This document shows, in pieces, positions 62,925 through 64,000 of a DNA stretch of 64,000 nt. Position 1 is the stretch's first letter; each line of letters opens with the position of its first letter. The DNA comes from Pristiophorus japonicus. Taxonomy: Eukaryota. The stretch covers positions 37,014,001-37,078,000 of the forward strand of contig NC_091997.1 of NCBI RefSeq assembly GCF_044704955.1, read 5' to 3'. Both the position numbers and the translations under genes were made by a program. The notes below the pieces were generated by a model that was given only the letters and a program-made list of their open reading frames with translations, had not been told where the DNA came from and did no database searches.

Positions 62925-63190
62925 AACAATGTGAGAATGACCGGATCATCTGTCTAGTGACATTGATTGAGGGATAAATATTGGCCCCAGGACACCGGGG
63001 ATAACTCCCCTGCTCTTCCAATAGTGCTATGGGATCTTTTACATCCACCCGAGGGGGCAGACGGGGCCTCGGTTTAACGTCACATTCGAAAGGGGCACCT
63101 CGGACAGTGCGGCGCTCCCTCATTCTAAGCTTTTGTGCTCACGTTTCTGGAGTGGTACTTGAACCCACGAACTTCAGACTCTGAGGCATC
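62925..63190 (-). mobile_element. Deu-domain SINE (SacSINE1/AmnSINE-like)
   Basis: B-box-like GGTTCAAGTACC followed by GACGTTAAACCGAGGCCCCGTCTGCC...GGATGTAAAAGATCCCA...AATATTTATCCCTCAA, recognised from memory as the Deu core. Confidence 0.75.
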
Positions 63191-63194
63191 TTGG

Positions 63195-63715
63195 GGAAAT
63201 ACTATGGGGAAGAATGGAAGCTGAGCCAGTAAGGGAGATATTAGGCGGGGCGACCAAACACTTGGTCAAACAGGTGCATTGTAAGGAGAGGGGAGCGATG
63301 GAGAGGAATGCAGGGCCACCATGTTCAAAAGGTCAATACCTTGTTTGAAGGGGAGAGTGGGGAAGTTATAGGGCTGGAGGAGATTACAGAGATAGGGAAA
63401 TGCAAGGGCGAAGGGCCATGGAGGGATTTGAAAATAAGGATGAGAATTTCAAATCCGAGGCGTTGATCAATAAAGAGCCAACATAGGTCAACGAGCACAG
63501 GGGTGATGGCTGAACGGGACGTGGTGCGAGTTCGGGCACAGGCAGCAGAGTTTTGGATGACTGGGAGACCAGCCCCGAGGGCATTAAATTAGTTAAGTCT
63601 CGAGGTAACGAAGGCACGGATGAGGGTTTCAGCAGCAGATGAGCTGAGGCAGGGATGGGCGATTTTACGGAGGTGAAAGTAGGTAGTCTTGGTGATGGAG
63701 TGGAGATGGGTCGGG
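63195..63715 (-). mobile_element. L2-clade LINE 3' fragment
   Basis: YFHLRKIA..CLSSSAAETLIRAFVTSRL motif. Confidence 0.8.
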
Positions 63716-64000
63716 AACTGAGCAGGGTTAAATAGGAAACTTTTTGTGATTATTGATACTTCGTGTACAGTTGAAGCTATAACGACCACTTCAGGACAGA
63801 CATTGGGGTGTAACAGGCAGGTGGTCTCCCAACACAGACCCCAATCTTGATGCGCAGTGAGTCGAAGGGTTTGGAGGTGTATTTCTCCCGTGGCTGGTAT
63901 GGGAATGTTTGTGCTAGTGATTGCAGGTGTGTGTTTTTGCACAGTTCAATGTCGCCAGAATAACCGTCTGTCATTTATTAACTGACGGTCTGATTACCCC

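Overview
Eukaryotic, repeat-rich, GC-rich vertebrate DNA. The CR1/Deu-SINE/Penelope/Gypsy repeat content looks cartilaginous-fish-like, but that assignment is an inference. Two host genes are recognisable, both on the minus strand. PGAP3 coding exons 1-5 lie at 62583-45830. The 3' half of ERBB2/HER2 (exons equivalent to human 17-27: transmembrane, kinase and C-tail) lies at 28091-14319. The two are separated by a 14-kb G-rich satellite and a 200-N gap. A signal-peptide-like exon on the plus strand (62727-62781) sits head-to-head with PGAP3 and is the probable ERBB2 exon 1. As assembled, ERBB2 is therefore split across opposite strands, PGAP3 lacks its last exons, and PGAP3 exon 5 is phase-compatible with the ERBB2 TM exon. 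The most likely explanation is an inverted contig at the gap; a real PGAP3-ERBB2 chimera is less likely. This ERBB2 carries a Ser at the human Cys805 position, a one-residue kinase insertion, a class I PDZ-type C-terminus and an apparent 1-bp frameshift in its last exon. The rest is a complete Ty3/Gypsy provirus with TSD, half of a second Gypsy, many nested CR1 LINEs, MITEs, SINEs, a Penelope relic with a broken hammerhead, several minisatellites and a foldback-like inverted repeat. No CRISPR, rRNA or intact tRNA gene was seen. Repeat boundaries were read by eye and are approximate; exon boundaries were checked against GT/AG and reading frame.
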